Source: Geopsychrobacteraceae bacterium
GTDB lineage: Bacteria > Desulfobacterota > Desulfuromonadia > Desulfuromonadales > Geopsychrobacteraceae
Direction: 5' to 3'
Length of the DNA stretch: 64,000 nt
NCBI GenBank assembly: GCA_963662315.1
Contig: OY759353.1
Span: forward strand, 736,001-800,000
Shown here: positions 40,543 through 50,722 of the stretch, piece by piece
Layout of the letters: every line of letters begins with the position of its first letter
How positions within the stretch are numbered: the first letter of the stretch is position 1
The notes under the pieces: generated by a model
The model's input: only the letters and a program-made list of their open reading frames with translations
What the model was told of the DNA's origin: nothing
The model's database searches: none
Made by a program: the position numbers and the translations under genes

Positions 40543-41046
40543 TTATCTGTAGCTTTCCGCATATTGGATATAATTTAGGGCAGATTGTTTGAGATGATCA
40601 AGCTCTTTTTGTGTTAGTTTTCGTTTGAGCTTTGCGGGGGATCCCATGAAAAGCGTTCCTGCGGGGACCACTGTTCCAGGGCTCACGAGTGCACCGGCTG
40701 CTATCATTGAATCATCTTCGATGGTAACGTTGTCCATAACGACGGCTCCCATGCCAATAAGGCAACGGTTACCGATCGTACACCCGTGTAACGTTACGTT
40801 GTGACCAATTGTAACGTCGTCACCTATATGAGTGGGATAATGTGCATGGTCAACATGAATGACAGTGCCGTCTTGTACATTGGTTCTGTCGCCGATGCGT
40901 ATATAGTTGACATCCCCTCGAATGACAACGTTAAACCATATGCTGGATTGTTTTCCGATAATAACATCACCAATAATTTCTGCTGAGTTGACAGTAAAAA
41001 CAGAGGGGTCCAGTTGTGGATGCATGTCCTGATAGCTATGAAGCAT
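40543..41046 (-). CDS. Gamma carbonic anhydrase family protein (YrdA-like)
   Basis: IRGDVNYIRIG, NVQDG, GHNVTLHGC hexapeptide repeats. Confidence 0.92.
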   Translation of the reverse strand: MLHSYQDMHPQLDPSVFTVNSAEIIGDVIIGKQSSIWFNVVIRGDVNYIRIGDRTNVQDGTVIHVDHAHYPTHIGDDVTIGHNVTLHGCTIGNRCLIGMGAVVMDNVTIEDDSMIAAGALVSPGTVVPAGTLFMGSPAKLKRKLTQKELDHLKQSALNYIQYAESYR

Positions 41047-41135
41047 TATTAAACCTGTAAGAAATGTATGAACTCAGAAAAAAACCCAACCATTATGCAA
41101 ATGGATGGGTTTCAAGCCTTTTGACGTAAAAAACG

Positions 41136-41411
41136 TTATTCGTCGACCCTCTCTCTTAACTCTTTTCCAACTTTAAAGAATGGCAGCTTCTTTTCTTCAA
41201 CCTGGATGATTTCGCCGGTTTTTGGATTCCTGCCCATATAAGCTTTGTAGTCTTTTACCATAAAACTACCAAACCCGCGAATTTCAATCCGATCATTATC
41301 AATAAGCGCCTGAGACATTCCATCAAAAATCAGATTAACAATCTGTTCTGATTTTTTATAGGTCAGATTCTTCTGGATTGATAATGCCTCTATCAGTTCT
41401 GACTTGTTCAT
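41136..41411 (-). CDS. ihfB: Integration host factor subunit beta
   Basis: MNKSELIE...RIEIRGFGSF...GRNPKTGE...PFFKVGKELRERV. Confidence 0.9.
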   Translation of the reverse strand: MNKSELIEALSIQKNLTYKKSEQIVNLIFDGMSQALIDNDRIEIRGFGSFMVKDYKAYMGRNPKTGEIIQVEEKKLPFFKVGKELRERVDE

Positions 41412-41539
41412 GTAGGGCCCCCTGAGGCTTTAGCCGGTTATGGGTTTTAAAGCAATCCGTTAGTTATAATAATAAAGACTATACATCAAGACTTTTACAT
41501 GTCAACCATAGTGCAAAAAAATCAATGAGTTGGCCTCTA

Positions 41540-42106
41540 TTAAATTATTGTGAAGGGGGAAAGTGTCCAGATGACTTTGGCCTCTTCAGCGCCGATATTC
41601 TCCCATCGATGGGGCAAGTGAGATTTAAAGCATAGACTATCCCCAGTCTCAAGTATGAAAACTTCATCAACGATGGTCATTTTGAGACGTCCTTCAAGCA
41701 TGTAAATCAGCTCATCACCTGGGTGATACATATTTTTCCTTCCGCTCTGCCCTCCTTTTTGTACTGTACAATAGAAGGACATGAATTGCGGGTCACGAAG
41801 CCCAGATGTAAATGATTCCGTATGCATGTTGAAGTCGTCGTCGTAAACGGTTTTGTCGCGCTGCCCTGGCTTTGTATGGACAATCTCATGCGAAGTCGAT
41901 ACGTCTTCAACGAAATAATTAATGCTTTTGTCAAAAACAGTTGCCAGGCGCATTAAGATTTCAACCGAAGGAATTGTCAGCCCTCGTTCAATGCGCGAAA
42001 TCATATTGGAAGATACCTGAGATCTGTCTGCCAGTACCTGAATAGTCATGTCCTGCTTCAAGCGAATCTCTTTAAGTTTTTTACCGACGATTTTTTTTAC
42101 TTGCAT
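41540..42106 (-). CDS. XRE family HTH-cupin transcriptional regulator
   Basis: VSSNMISRIERGLTIPS HTH; HPGDE...PHRW cupin. Confidence 0.9.
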   Translation of the reverse strand: MQVKKIVGKKLKEIRLKQDMTIQVLADRSQVSSNMISRIERGLTIPSVEILMRLATVFDKSINYFVEDVSTSHEIVHTKPGQRDKTVYDDDFNMHTESFTSGLRDPQFMSFYCTVQKGGQSGRKNMYHPGDELIYMLEGRLKMTIVDEVFILETGDSLCFKSHLPHRWENIGAEEAKVIWTLSPFTII

Positions 42107-42132
42107 GATTATAAATTCTCCCGACTGAAAGC

Positions 42133-42693
42133 TCAAACATTAGGTGGCGGGGAAACGACCCAAAGGATCTTTGCCTGGTCATTGGACCTGTTGCTCCAGC
42201 TGTGCGGGAGGGTGGCCTTGAAGCCGATTGAGTCCCCTTTTTTCAACAGGTAGTCTTCCCCATCAACACAAAAATACAGTGATCCTTCTAATACCATCGC
42301 AAATTCTTCACCGGTATGCACCATCCCCCCTTCCCCGCTATCGCAATGTGGCTCGAGGGTGTCGATGAATACGGAGAAGCCCGGATCCCTCAGTCCTTGC
42401 AGGAGGCTGGTAATCTGATGCTTATCTTCAAAAAAGAAAACCGGTTCGCCATGTCCTTCTTTGGTGAAAATTACAGTACTGCCTTTTTCAGCCTCTTCGA
42501 CAAAATAGCTGAGGCTGAGTCCCAGCGCATCGGCCAGTTTCATTAGGATTTCGACAGACGGTATGGTGAGTCCACGCTCAATTCGCGAGATCATGTTGGA
42601 CGACACCCGAGACATTTCGGCGAGCTCCTGAATGGTCTTGTCCCGTTTCAGGCGCGACGATTTTAACTTTCTCCCTATTAGTTTTTTGATCAT
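42133..42693 (-). CDS. XRE family HTH-cupin transcriptional regulator
   Basis: VSSNMISRIERGLTIPS HTH; HTGEE...PHSW cupin. Confidence 0.9.
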   Translation of the reverse strand: MIKKLIGRKLKSSRLKRDKTIQELAEMSRVSSNMISRIERGLTIPSVEILMKLADALGLSLSYFVEEAEKGSTVIFTKEGHGEPVFFFEDKHQITSLLQGLRDPGFSVFIDTLEPHCDSGEGGMVHTGEEFAMVLEGSLYFCVDGEDYLLKKGDSIGFKATLPHSWSNRSNDQAKILWVVSPPPNV

Positions 42694-42953
42694 AATAATT
42701 ACACTCCATTGTTATTTAGAATGATGTTTTATCATGAAAGGTATTTATTGTCAACCTAATATGAGATGCAATTAGTCAGAAGTGGTAAATGAAAGAACTT
42801 TTTAAAAACGATATGTTGCAGAACTATTCGTGCATTATTGTGAAATATGGATAAATTCATAGTTGGAGAAAATCTGAAATATTTAATTATTTATATTGAT
42901 GATATATGATCGCTTCTTCTGGATAAAAATAAAAAGCTGTCACATCGCGTTCA

Positions 42954-45317
42954 TCATGGTTGTAGCTGAAGGCGAATCGTCTTCAATAAGTCAACGGCTT
43001 GGACTGGTTTGCTGAGTAGCGGCACCCCTTCATTAAGCAGTCCCTGCTCGCGTAAACTGTCAAAAGTATACCCGCTCATAAATAAAACCGGCGCTTCAGT
43101 GATCTTTCTGAGCGCGTGATAAAATTCAGGTCCTTTGAGCCCAGGCATTACAACATCCGATACTATGATGTCGATGGCCTCGGAGGTTGATGCTAAATAA
43201 TTCAGTGCAGCTTCGGCACAGTTACATGTATGAACTGAATATCCAACTGCAGTTAGAATGCTCTCAGTTGAATCTCTAACCAGAGGGTCATCCTCTACCA
43301 ATAAGATAGTTTCATTTCCACCGGGAAGATCTCCCGCTAATTCCAGGGTGGGATTAGGCAAGCGCTTTTCTGTTAACGGTAGGTAGATGCTGAAGCAGCT
43401 TCCGTGGCCAAGGGTGCTTTCTACTTTAATATATCCCTTGTGCTGCTTGATGATACCCCAGGCCATAGCTAAACCGAGTCCAGTGCCTTTTCCTGTGTCT
43501 TTGGTTGTGAAAAATGGATCAAATATCTGTTGACGGATTTCAAGGGGAATGCCGGTACCGTTATCCTCAACATTGATTTGCGCATATGCGCCAGGCACGC
43601 CGTAGCCATTTGCTTCACAAAACGATTTATCAATAAAACTGACTTCTGTAGATATGGTCAGCTGCCCGCCATTGGGCATAGCATCCCTTGCGTTGGTTGC
43701 AAGGTTGACCAGGACTTGTTCAAGTTGAGCTGAGTCGGCAAGGACAATGATCTGATTTTGGGCGAGATTCAAATGATGCTCAATTCGGTTTCCTATGGCC
43801 TTAATGAAGATTTCGTGAACCTTTGCAACCACCTGGTTTAAGTCAACAGGTGTTGAGTGTCCTGTTTTTTTTCGGCTATAGGCAAGTAAGCCATTGGTAA
43901 GCTGCGCCCCTCTTTCTGCAGCGGCACCTATTTTTTGAATTTTCCGTAGGACTTTTGGTTGGTTGGCGGTTTGAGTTTCCAATAAGCCTACGTAGCCGGA
44001 GATTACTGTCAATATGTTATTAAAATCATGGGCAATGCCGCCAGTAAGGGTCCCTATTGCTTCCATTTTCTGTGAATGTTGAAGTTGTTGCTCTAGGGCC
44101 TTGCGCCGTGAAATATTGATAAATGTGATGACGGCGCCAACAAGTTGACTGTCCTGATGCATGGGATGTCCCCAATATTCAACCGGTATTGACTGTTTAT
44201 CAGTATTGATAAAGTTGTCTTCATCAGTAATCTTTCGACCATCTCTTATTGCCGTGATATATGGACAGGCAAAGTCTTGTGAGTCTGGTAGACCATGGGT
44301 GAGATTATAGAGCTGCCGCCCCAGGAGGTTTTTCTCACTGCGACCACCAAGGATTTTTAGAGTCGATGGGTTACAAAAAACAATTCTTCCTTCAAGGTTA
44401 ATTCCGACAATCGCTTCAGCTGTTGAATTGAACAGAATGCGTAGCATTTCTTCACTGTGAGAAAGCTCTTTGATGAAATGCAAGCGCTCCCACTCGGCAG
44501 CGGCACGAGAAGAGATGATCGCCAAAAATTCTTCAATATGCTCCTTCTTGTAGATCATTTTTTTTGAATATAAGCACACGGCTCCTAACACAGAATTATT
44601 GTGGGCAATCAGTGGCATTGCGATAAAACAATTGACGTCCTGCATTACTCCAAAGATCGGTTTCCTAAAGTAAACGGACGCATTATTTTCATAGAAGACA
44701 TAATGGCCTTGTTCGACATCTCTTAGCGGCGTTCCTATGGTAGATATTTTAAAACTGGGGATATGTTGATCGTGGTGATAACATGCTCGAATAAAAAAAT
44801 GGGAATCGGCAAAGTTGCCGATGCAGGCTCCATCTGCTCCCAACCAGGCGCATAAGTTTTTTACGATTTCGTCCAGGCATTCATATCCCGTCAGCCCCAC
44901 AGTGCTACGTACCAGGGCCTTTATAGTTTCTTCATATTTTTCCCGGACAGAAATGTCTCTGGCCAGGCAGAAATAATATGTATGGGCATTGATTGTCTGC
45001 TTCCGGCAAGACATTTCGACATGAATCCATACCCCTGCTTTTGTTAACAGGTCTGTTCGATACAGGGCTTTCCCATGAAGATTTAGCTCGTTGCCAATTT
45101 TTTCATAGGCTTGCGATTCTTCCTTGATAATTCGGTTAATGTTGCGTGGCGATAGTAACCTTAGTTCCGCAGAGGTATATCCGAGTAAATCTGTAGCTGC
45201 CATATTGGCATTAAGATAAGCGCCTGGTCTGCCATCGGAAAGGCATTCCGATATAAACAGTGCATCGGGCAGGCCATCATAAATTTCGTTAAAGTTAAGT
45301 TGTGTCATGCTTGTCAT
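42954..45317 (-). CDS. PAS-GAF-PAS hybrid sensor histidine kinase with receiver domain
   Basis: GIAHDFNNIL H-box; NARDAM, DNGTG, FFTTK, GTGLGL; receiver ILLVEDD...DVVMP. Confidence 0.93.
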   Translation of the reverse strand: MTSMTQLNFNEIYDGLPDALFISECLSDGRPGAYLNANMAATDLLGYTSAELRLLSPRNINRIIKEESQAYEKIGNELNLHGKALYRTDLLTKAGVWIHVEMSCRKQTINAHTYYFCLARDISVREKYEETIKALVRSTVGLTGYECLDEIVKNLCAWLGADGACIGNFADSHFFIRACYHHDQHIPSFKISTIGTPLRDVEQGHYVFYENNASVYFRKPIFGVMQDVNCFIAMPLIAHNNSVLGAVCLYSKKMIYKKEHIEEFLAIISSRAAAEWERLHFIKELSHSEEMLRILFNSTAEAIVGINLEGRIVFCNPSTLKILGGRSEKNLLGRQLYNLTHGLPDSQDFACPYITAIRDGRKITDEDNFINTDKQSIPVEYWGHPMHQDSQLVGAVITFINISRRKALEQQLQHSQKMEAIGTLTGGIAHDFNNILTVISGYVGLLETQTANQPKVLRKIQKIGAAAERGAQLTNGLLAYSRKKTGHSTPVDLNQVVAKVHEIFIKAIGNRIEHHLNLAQNQIIVLADSAQLEQVLVNLATNARDAMPNGGQLTISTEVSFIDKSFCEANGYGVPGAYAQINVEDNGTGIPLEIRQQIFDPFFTTKDTGKGTGLGLAMAWGIIKQHKGYIKVESTLGHGSCFSIYLPLTEKRLPNPTLELAGDLPGGNETILLVEDDPLVRDSTESILTAVGYSVHTCNCAEAALNYLASTSEAIDIIVSDVVMPGLKGPEFYHALRKITEAPVLFMSGYTFDSLREQGLLNEGVPLLSKPVQAVDLLKTIRLQLQP

Positions 45318-45546
45318 TGAACAGTCTCACCTGTCATAAGGTCTTCCTCTTGCGGTTGCCTCTTAATCTCTCAATATATCAATTATCTGTCAATGAGGGT
45401 TTGAATTTCTTATGAAGCGATAAAATTTGAACTTTTTATGGGTGAGGGAGAATTTGTCTTCAGTACTTTTTTTAAATAAAGATCTATGCAAGTTTTGCTA
45501 ACTATGATAGTTTTCTGCGGTTAAATTTATCAAAAGGAGATGTCTC

Positions 45547-45849
45547 ATGCTGACAGTTTTAATCGGACTGCACATCATTGTATCAATCGCACTGATCGTT
45601 ATTGTTCTGCTCCAGATGGGCAAAGGGGCTCAGGCCGGTGCATCGTTTGGTGCAGGTGGCAGTCAGGCAATGTTTGGATCTACAGGTGGCAACTTCATGA
45701 GCAAGGTTACTGCTGGCGCCGCAATTATCTTTATGCTCACCAGTTTGTCATTGGCATACCTTTACAGTTCTCCGTCTTCTCAAACAGTTATGCCAAGTTC
45801 AGTCGCTGCACCTGCTTCCAGTCAACCTGTTACGCCAGATCAAAAATAA
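45547..45849 (+). CDS. secG: Preprotein translocase subunit SecG
   Basis: HIIVSIALIVIVLLQMGKGA...FGAGGSQAMFGS; followed by tRNA-Leu. Confidence 0.93.
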   Translation: MLTVLIGLHIIVSIALIVIVLLQMGKGAQAGASFGAGGSQAMFGSTGGNFMSKVTAGAAIIFMLTSLSLAYLYSSPSSQTVMPSSVAAPASSQPVTPDQK

Positions 45850-45902
45850 TGAAATTCTCTATTGACAGCTGAGACTGTGTTGAGTATATATACGTCCGCA
45901 TT

Positions 45903-45989
45903 GCCGAAGTGGTGGAACTGGTAGACACGCCATCTTGAGGGGGTGGTGGGAGTATTCCCGTGCGAGTTCGAGTCTCGCCTTCGGCACCA
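45903..45989 (+). tRNA. tRNA-Leu(GAG)
   Basis: GCCGAAGTGGTGGAACTGGTAGACACGCCATCTTGAGGGGGTGG...GTTCGAGTC...TTCGGCACCA; long variable arm. Confidence 0.97.
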
Positions 45990-46001
45990 AGATATATTTA
46001 G

Positions 46002-46034
46002 AACGCTCTGTAGAAATTCAGAGCGTTTTTTTTT
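46002..46034 (+). terminator. Terminator after tRNA-Leu
   Basis: AACGCTCTG...CAGAGCGTT followed by a T-run. Confidence 0.75.
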
Positions 46035-46294
46035 GTTTTAGACGATATGTATATCGGATACGCCTTCTATTCTCTTTGCTCTTTATTTTTACTTGTCGTT
46101 TTTTCTGCTTTTTATCCATCAGGGGTATATTTTTTTGAAGAGATACTGATTATTACTCTTCTGATAAAGTATAATTTTAGAACGGTCCTGTTGTATTATT
46201 TCTACTTAATACTTGAAAATCTCATCGTTATTGAGTTTAATGGTTTCTAACGATAACTGATAGTTATTACTCTTTCATCAGAATGAGGTGCACG

Positions 46295-48070
46295 ATGCCA
46301 TTAACCGGAGAACTTGAAAATTTACCAATTGTAGATGTCATTCAATTGATTCATTCGACAAGAAAATCCGGCATACTGACCGTTTATAGTCGTCGGGGTG
46401 AAGGTCAACTCATTTTTAATAATGGCTATATTGTCAGTGCGATCCATTCCAATGAAGATTTAAAAATCGGTAAGATTCTGGTTGAAAAGGGCATCATCAG
46501 TGAGTCTGAACTCAATCAGGCCCTTGCTACTCAGCAAGATCAAGATTTTACCCCCGCCCCTCTTATCAGTATATTGCATGAGCAATGTGAAATTTCCAGA
46601 GATGACGCTTATAACGCCCTTGAAACATTGATTGAATTGACGCTTGTTGAAATGATCAGCTGGACCAGAGGTATTTTTACTCTGGAAACTGAAGATATTG
46701 TCATGCCTGACGACTACAAGTATCTACCCAAGGATTTTCAGAATATTAATCTGGATACACAGATGGTTCTGATGGATGCGTTGCGTATTTTTGATGAAAA
46801 AGTCTATGCCGGAGAAATAGAAATATCTGATGAGCCGTTTGAAGGTGAGGTTCCTGGCTTAAATAGTCCGGGCTCACCAATATCTGTTACCAGTATTTCT
46901 GACATGGAGCTTTCTGAAGAAATACTGGGCTTGGCAGACCTGGATCAATTGGAAAGAAAAAAACCGCTGTCGTTTGAAGTTCTCGATACTTTCGATCCAT
47001 TTGATATCCATCGTGAATCTATTGTTCAAGCTCTTCCTTCAATTGCTGAGGAAGAACAAAAAAAGTTGGTCTCTTTTCTGTCAGAGTTCAAACATTTAGA
47101 CCCAAAGCTTGCTCCGCTTAATATGTCCTCTCAAGCTGTCGTTCTGTATAGTTCTGATCAATTTTTACAGCATGCAGTAATGACCGTATGTCGTCGGGAG
47201 GGTCTTTTGACGTTCACACCTGCATCCTTTAAGGATCTTGAAGGGAATTTAAGCAGAGCTCTCAGTAAAGGTTATGATCCGATTCTGGTAATAGGCCTTC
47301 CCGATGATCGCAATGCGGATTTTAGCCATGAAAAAATTGGCTCACTACGATCTCATATCAAGCAACTTTATCCAACTATTCCTCAGATGCAGTTGTCGCT
47401 TCCGGAAATGTATGATTTTTCTCTTAGTGCTTACGATAGTGGTTGTCGTGCCGTTATCCCCTACCCGCTTCTGAATACTTCCGAAACCGTATTGGCGGAT
47501 GATCTAGTGAGATTTCTTCGCGCTTTAACCTTTTATATCCGAAATCTTTTCAATGACGCATCTCATTCGCAATCTGCACTACTAAAAAGTTATTTAACCA
47601 GGCTTGTCAAAACGACCAGAGCTCCTGATATCTCTTTACTCGTGCTTAAATTTGTCAGTGAATTTTTTTCACGGGCTCTTACCCTGGTTATTGACCGCGA
47701 CAGTTTGATCATGGAAAGAAGTATTGGGTTGCTACCGGGAGCAGAACGAAAGGTTGCGGCTCCATTGAGGAAACGTATGGCAATCCCGGATAATCATATC
47801 TTTGCAAGAATGACTGACGCGGACAGTTGTTATTATGATGAAATCTCACCAAGTTCTTTTCCCGATTCATTTTATGCAGATATAACAGCCCCTTTAGACC
47901 AGCATATTCTGCTCTTACCGCTGAAAAGCTGTGGACGCGTGGTAACATTGACATATGCTGATTTTGGTTCACATAATCCAATCTCGGTTCCCCTGGATCT
48001 ATTGCATATTTTTATGAGGCAAGCAGGTCTGGCTATTGAAAACGCTCTGCTGCGGAAAAATATCAGCTAG
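46295..48070 (+). CDS. DUF4388-domain protein with degenerate receiver-like and GAF-like regions
   Basis: LTGELENLPIVDVIQLIHSTRKSGIL...WTRGIF; C-terminal QAGLAIENAL. Confidence 0.7.
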   Translation: MPLTGELENLPIVDVIQLIHSTRKSGILTVYSRRGEGQLIFNNGYIVSAIHSNEDLKIGKILVEKGIISESELNQALATQQDQDFTPAPLISILHEQCEISRDDAYNALETLIELTLVEMISWTRGIFTLETEDIVMPDDYKYLPKDFQNINLDTQMVLMDALRIFDEKVYAGEIEISDEPFEGEVPGLNSPGSPISVTSISDMELSEEILGLADLDQLERKKPLSFEVLDTFDPFDIHRESIVQALPSIAEEEQKKLVSFLSEFKHLDPKLAPLNMSSQAVVLYSSDQFLQHAVMTVCRREGLLTFTPASFKDLEGNLSRALSKGYDPILVIGLPDDRNADFSHEKIGSLRSHIKQLYPTIPQMQLSLPEMYDFSLSAYDSGCRAVIPYPLLNTSETVLADDLVRFLRALTFYIRNLFNDASHSQSALLKSYLTRLVKTTRAPDISLLVLKFVSEFFSRALTLVIDRDSLIMERSIGLLPGAERKVAAPLRKRMAIPDNHIFARMTDADSCYYDEISPSSFPDSFYADITAPLDQHILLLPLKSCGRVVTLTYADFGSHNPISVPLDLLHIFMRQAGLAIENALLRKNIS

Positions 48071-48099
48071 GTCAAATCGTTATATTTCGAGGAGCCTTC

Positions 48100-49167
48100 A
48101 TGGACATAAAAACATTAAATCAAATTCTTGAAATCGCTTTTGCCAAACGCGTTTCAGATATACATTTTGAAGTTGATAATCCGCCATTTTTCCGTGCGCA
48201 TGGCCAATTGCTGCGCAGCAAACTGCCAAACCTTACACCTAAAGATACGGAGTTTATTGCAGCGACCATTATGGAGCGTAATAAGAGGTCTTTACCTGAT
48301 GATTTCTCTGAATTTGATGCATCTTATGCATTAACCAATGGAGGGCGCTTCCGGGTCAGTCTTTTTCGCCAACGAGGGCATATCGGTATTGTCATGAGGG
48401 TGATACCACCAGAAATAGGGACATTTACAGATCTTAAGCTGCCTGCTGTTTTGGCTGAAATTGTCAAAGCACCAAATGGCCTGATTCTTGTGACTGGTCC
48501 AACCGGTAATGGTAAATCAACCACCCTGGCATCCATGATCAACTATATTAATGAGAAGTACGCGTATAATATTGTCACGATAGAAGATCCCATTGAATTT
48601 CTATTCAAGTCACAGAAAAGCTGTATTATTCAGCGCGAAGTTGGCATTGATACAAAGGATTTTGGGTCAGCACTTAAGGCATCATTGCGCATGGACCCAG
48701 ATGCAATCATGGTTGGGGAGTTACGTGATGTTGAAACCATTGATGCATGTATTAAAGCTTCCGAAACCGGACATCTTGTTTTCTCGACCCTGCATACTCA
48801 AGGGGCTGTGTCTACGATCAATCGCATTGTTGGCCATTTCCCTCCAGAATCTCAAGAAATTATCAGGCAGCGGTTAGCGGATATTCTTGTCGCGATTGTA
48901 TCATTACGTTTGATAGAAGATAAAAATGGTGAAAATGTTATCCCGGTGGTGGAGGTCATGCGTACCACAACAACAATTCAAGCGTGTATCAGGGAAGGCA
49001 ATCTGAATGATATCAGAGCGCATATTGAAAAAGGGAGCGCACAATATCAGATGCAAACCATGGATCAGCATTTGATTCAACTATGCAAAAAGGGCCTCAT
49101 TACTGTACGTGAAGCCAAGCGTGTTTCCAATTCTATGGACCTTGAAAGGAAGCTGACTTTTACTTGA
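48100..49167 (+). CDS. PilT/PilU family type IV pilus retraction ATPase
   Basis: VTGPTGNGKSTT, TIEDPIE, QREVG, LRMDPD, ETGHLVFSTLHT. Confidence 0.9.
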   Translation: MDIKTLNQILEIAFAKRVSDIHFEVDNPPFFRAHGQLLRSKLPNLTPKDTEFIAATIMERNKRSLPDDFSEFDASYALTNGGRFRVSLFRQRGHIGIVMRVIPPEIGTFTDLKLPAVLAEIVKAPNGLILVTGPTGNGKSTTLASMINYINEKYAYNIVTIEDPIEFLFKSQKSCIIQREVGIDTKDFGSALKASLRMDPDAIMVGELRDVETIDACIKASETGHLVFSTLHTQGAVSTINRIVGHFPPESQEIIRQRLADILVAIVSLRLIEDKNGENVIPVVEVMRTTTTIQACIREGNLNDIRAHIEKGSAQYQMQTMDQHLIQLCKKGLITVREAKRVSNSMDLERKLTFT

Positions 49168-49241
49168 GAATGATAAATTACGAGGCTTTTGACCAAATAG
49201 AGGTCATTTCAGCCGTTTGATATAAAGCGGCAATCTTTAAG

Positions 49242-49270
49242 TGGCGGGAGGTTCATAATATCTCCCGCCA
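49242..49270. terminator. Hairpin between convergent genes
   Basis: TGGCGGGAG...CTCCCGCCA. Confidence 0.55.
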
Positions 49271-49277
49271 ACAGATT

Positions 49278-49886
49278 TTATTCTATCCAGGCGGTATCAC
49301 CGCTTCCCTGGCGCAGAATCTCAATCTCATCATCCAATAGACTAATAACCGTTGATGCTTCATTTATAGATATTCCCCCATCGATTACCAAATCGACTAA
49401 TTTGCCAAGTTGATCATTGATTTCATAGGGATCTTCAGGTGTTTCCTGCCCTGAGATATTTGCACTTGTGGTAACCAGTGGGTGACCAAGTTCTCTTACA
49501 ATAGCTTGGCAAATAGGACTGGCCGGGATTCTGATGCCGACGGTTTTTTGTTTAGTGCTCAATGACTCCGGAACGACTTTGGTTGCATTGAGAACAAATG
49601 TATAGGCTCCAGGCAGGTGACGTTTCATTATTTTAAAAGCAAAATTGCTGACTTGGGCGTAATTCGATATTTCCCCAAGATCTGAACAGATAAATGAAAA
49701 AGGCTTTTTACTGTCGCGCTGCTTGATCTGAAAAATCTTTTTAATAGCTTTTTTATTATAGATGTCACAACCGATACCGTAGGTGGTGTCAGTTGGGTAA
49801 ATAATAACGCCGCCCTGTCTAAGGGTTTCTACGACCTGTTGGATGAGGCGAGGCTGAGGGTTTTCAGGATTAATAGTAATAAGCAT
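49278..49886 (-). CDS. Sua5/YciO/YrdC family protein (YciO-like)
   Basis: INPENPQPRLI, YPTDTTYGIGC, TTSAN. Confidence 0.9.
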   Translation of the reverse strand: MLITINPENPQPRLIQQVVETLRQGGVIIYPTDTTYGIGCDIYNKKAIKKIFQIKQRDSKKPFSFICSDLGEISNYAQVSNFAFKIMKRHLPGAYTFVLNATKVVPESLSTKQKTVGIRIPASPICQAIVRELGHPLVTTSANISGQETPEDPYEINDQLGKLVDLVIDGGISINEASTVISLLDDEIEILRQGSGDTAWIE

Positions 49887-49916
49887 AGCAATCTCCCTAT
49901 CAATAGCAGATAGTTA

Positions 49917-50183
49917 TCATAATAACATTTTCAAGCCTGAGGTCTGTTTCATCGCTTCGTAAATCGCTGTCAACTGTTCATAGCTGTGCAGGGCAACAAA
50001 GACGGTAATTGCCTGGTAGTTGCCGTTTCCACTCGGTCTGCGTTTTACGTTATTTTGCCCCACCGGAACGTGTTTTTCAATAGCCGCAATTATGTCCCTG
50101 TGGAAAACATCGCCTGAGATGCCAACTGCCTTAAACTGATAATGGCATGGAAATTCAATAAGTTGTGAAGGGTCATTTGTCAT
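49917..50183 (-). CDS. DUF493 (YbeD-like) protein
   Basis: LIEFPCHYQFKAVG...RPSGNGNY...MLL. Confidence 0.85.
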   Translation of the reverse strand: MTNDPSQLIEFPCHYQFKAVGISGDVFHRDIIAAIEKHVPVGQNNVKRRPSGNGNYQAITVFVALHSYEQLTAIYEAMKQTSGLKMLL

Positions 50184-50195
50184 AATAGTCCCTCG

Positions 50196-50639
50196 TTACT
50201 GTCCGGTGTGTCCAAATCCGCCTTTGCCTCGGGGCGTTTCATTTAGGTCTGCCACAACCTCAAGAGTCGCCTGTGATACGGGTGCAACAACCAACTGGGC
50301 GATTCTCTCTCCTGAGCGAATAATAAAATCATCCTTACCATAATTGATCATAATGACCGAGACTTCCCCTCGATAGTCGGCATCTATTGTGCCGGGGCTG
50401 TTGACTAAGGAAATCCCGTGCTTTATGGCGAGTCCCGAGCGCGGACGCACCTGAATTTCATACCCTTTGGGAATGGCAAAGGCGAGCCCGGTGGGGATAA
50501 GGGCGCGCTCACCATGTCTTAGGATCAGATCTTTCTCAATGAGCGCGCAAATGTCCATGCCCGCAGCCATTTCTGTCATGTATTGAGGAATCTCTGCGTC
50601 AGGGTGTAACTTTTTAATCTGAATTAGAGGGTGGTCCAT
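50196..50639 (-). CDS. dut: dUTP diphosphatase
   Basis: [33 protein letters not shown]. Confidence 0.97.
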   Translation of the reverse strand: MDHPLIQIKKLHPDAEIPQYMTEMAAGMDICALIEKDLILRHGERALIPTGLAFAIPKGYEIQVRPRSGLAIKHGISLVNSPGTIDADYRGEVSVIMINYGKDDFIIRSGERIAQLVVAPVSQATLEVVADLNETPRGKGGFGHTGQ

Positions 50640-50658
50640 GTGATGTCTCCGCTTCTAT

Positions 50659-50698
50659 TAAACAGCCGGCGAAAAGAGACCTTAACGCCGGCTGTTTA
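50659..50698 (-). terminator. Hairpin terminator after pnp
   Basis: TAAACAGCCGGCG...CGCCGGCTGTTTA. Confidence 0.6.
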
Positions 50699-50722
50699 AA
50701 TCTGTACTATATAATGAAGCGA

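Noticed and set aside
45935..46250. Two short ORFs after secG
   Set aside because: One overlaps tRNA-Leu and its terminator and the other lies in AT-rich intergenic DNA; both have low-complexity Phe/Leu/Ile translations and no RBS.
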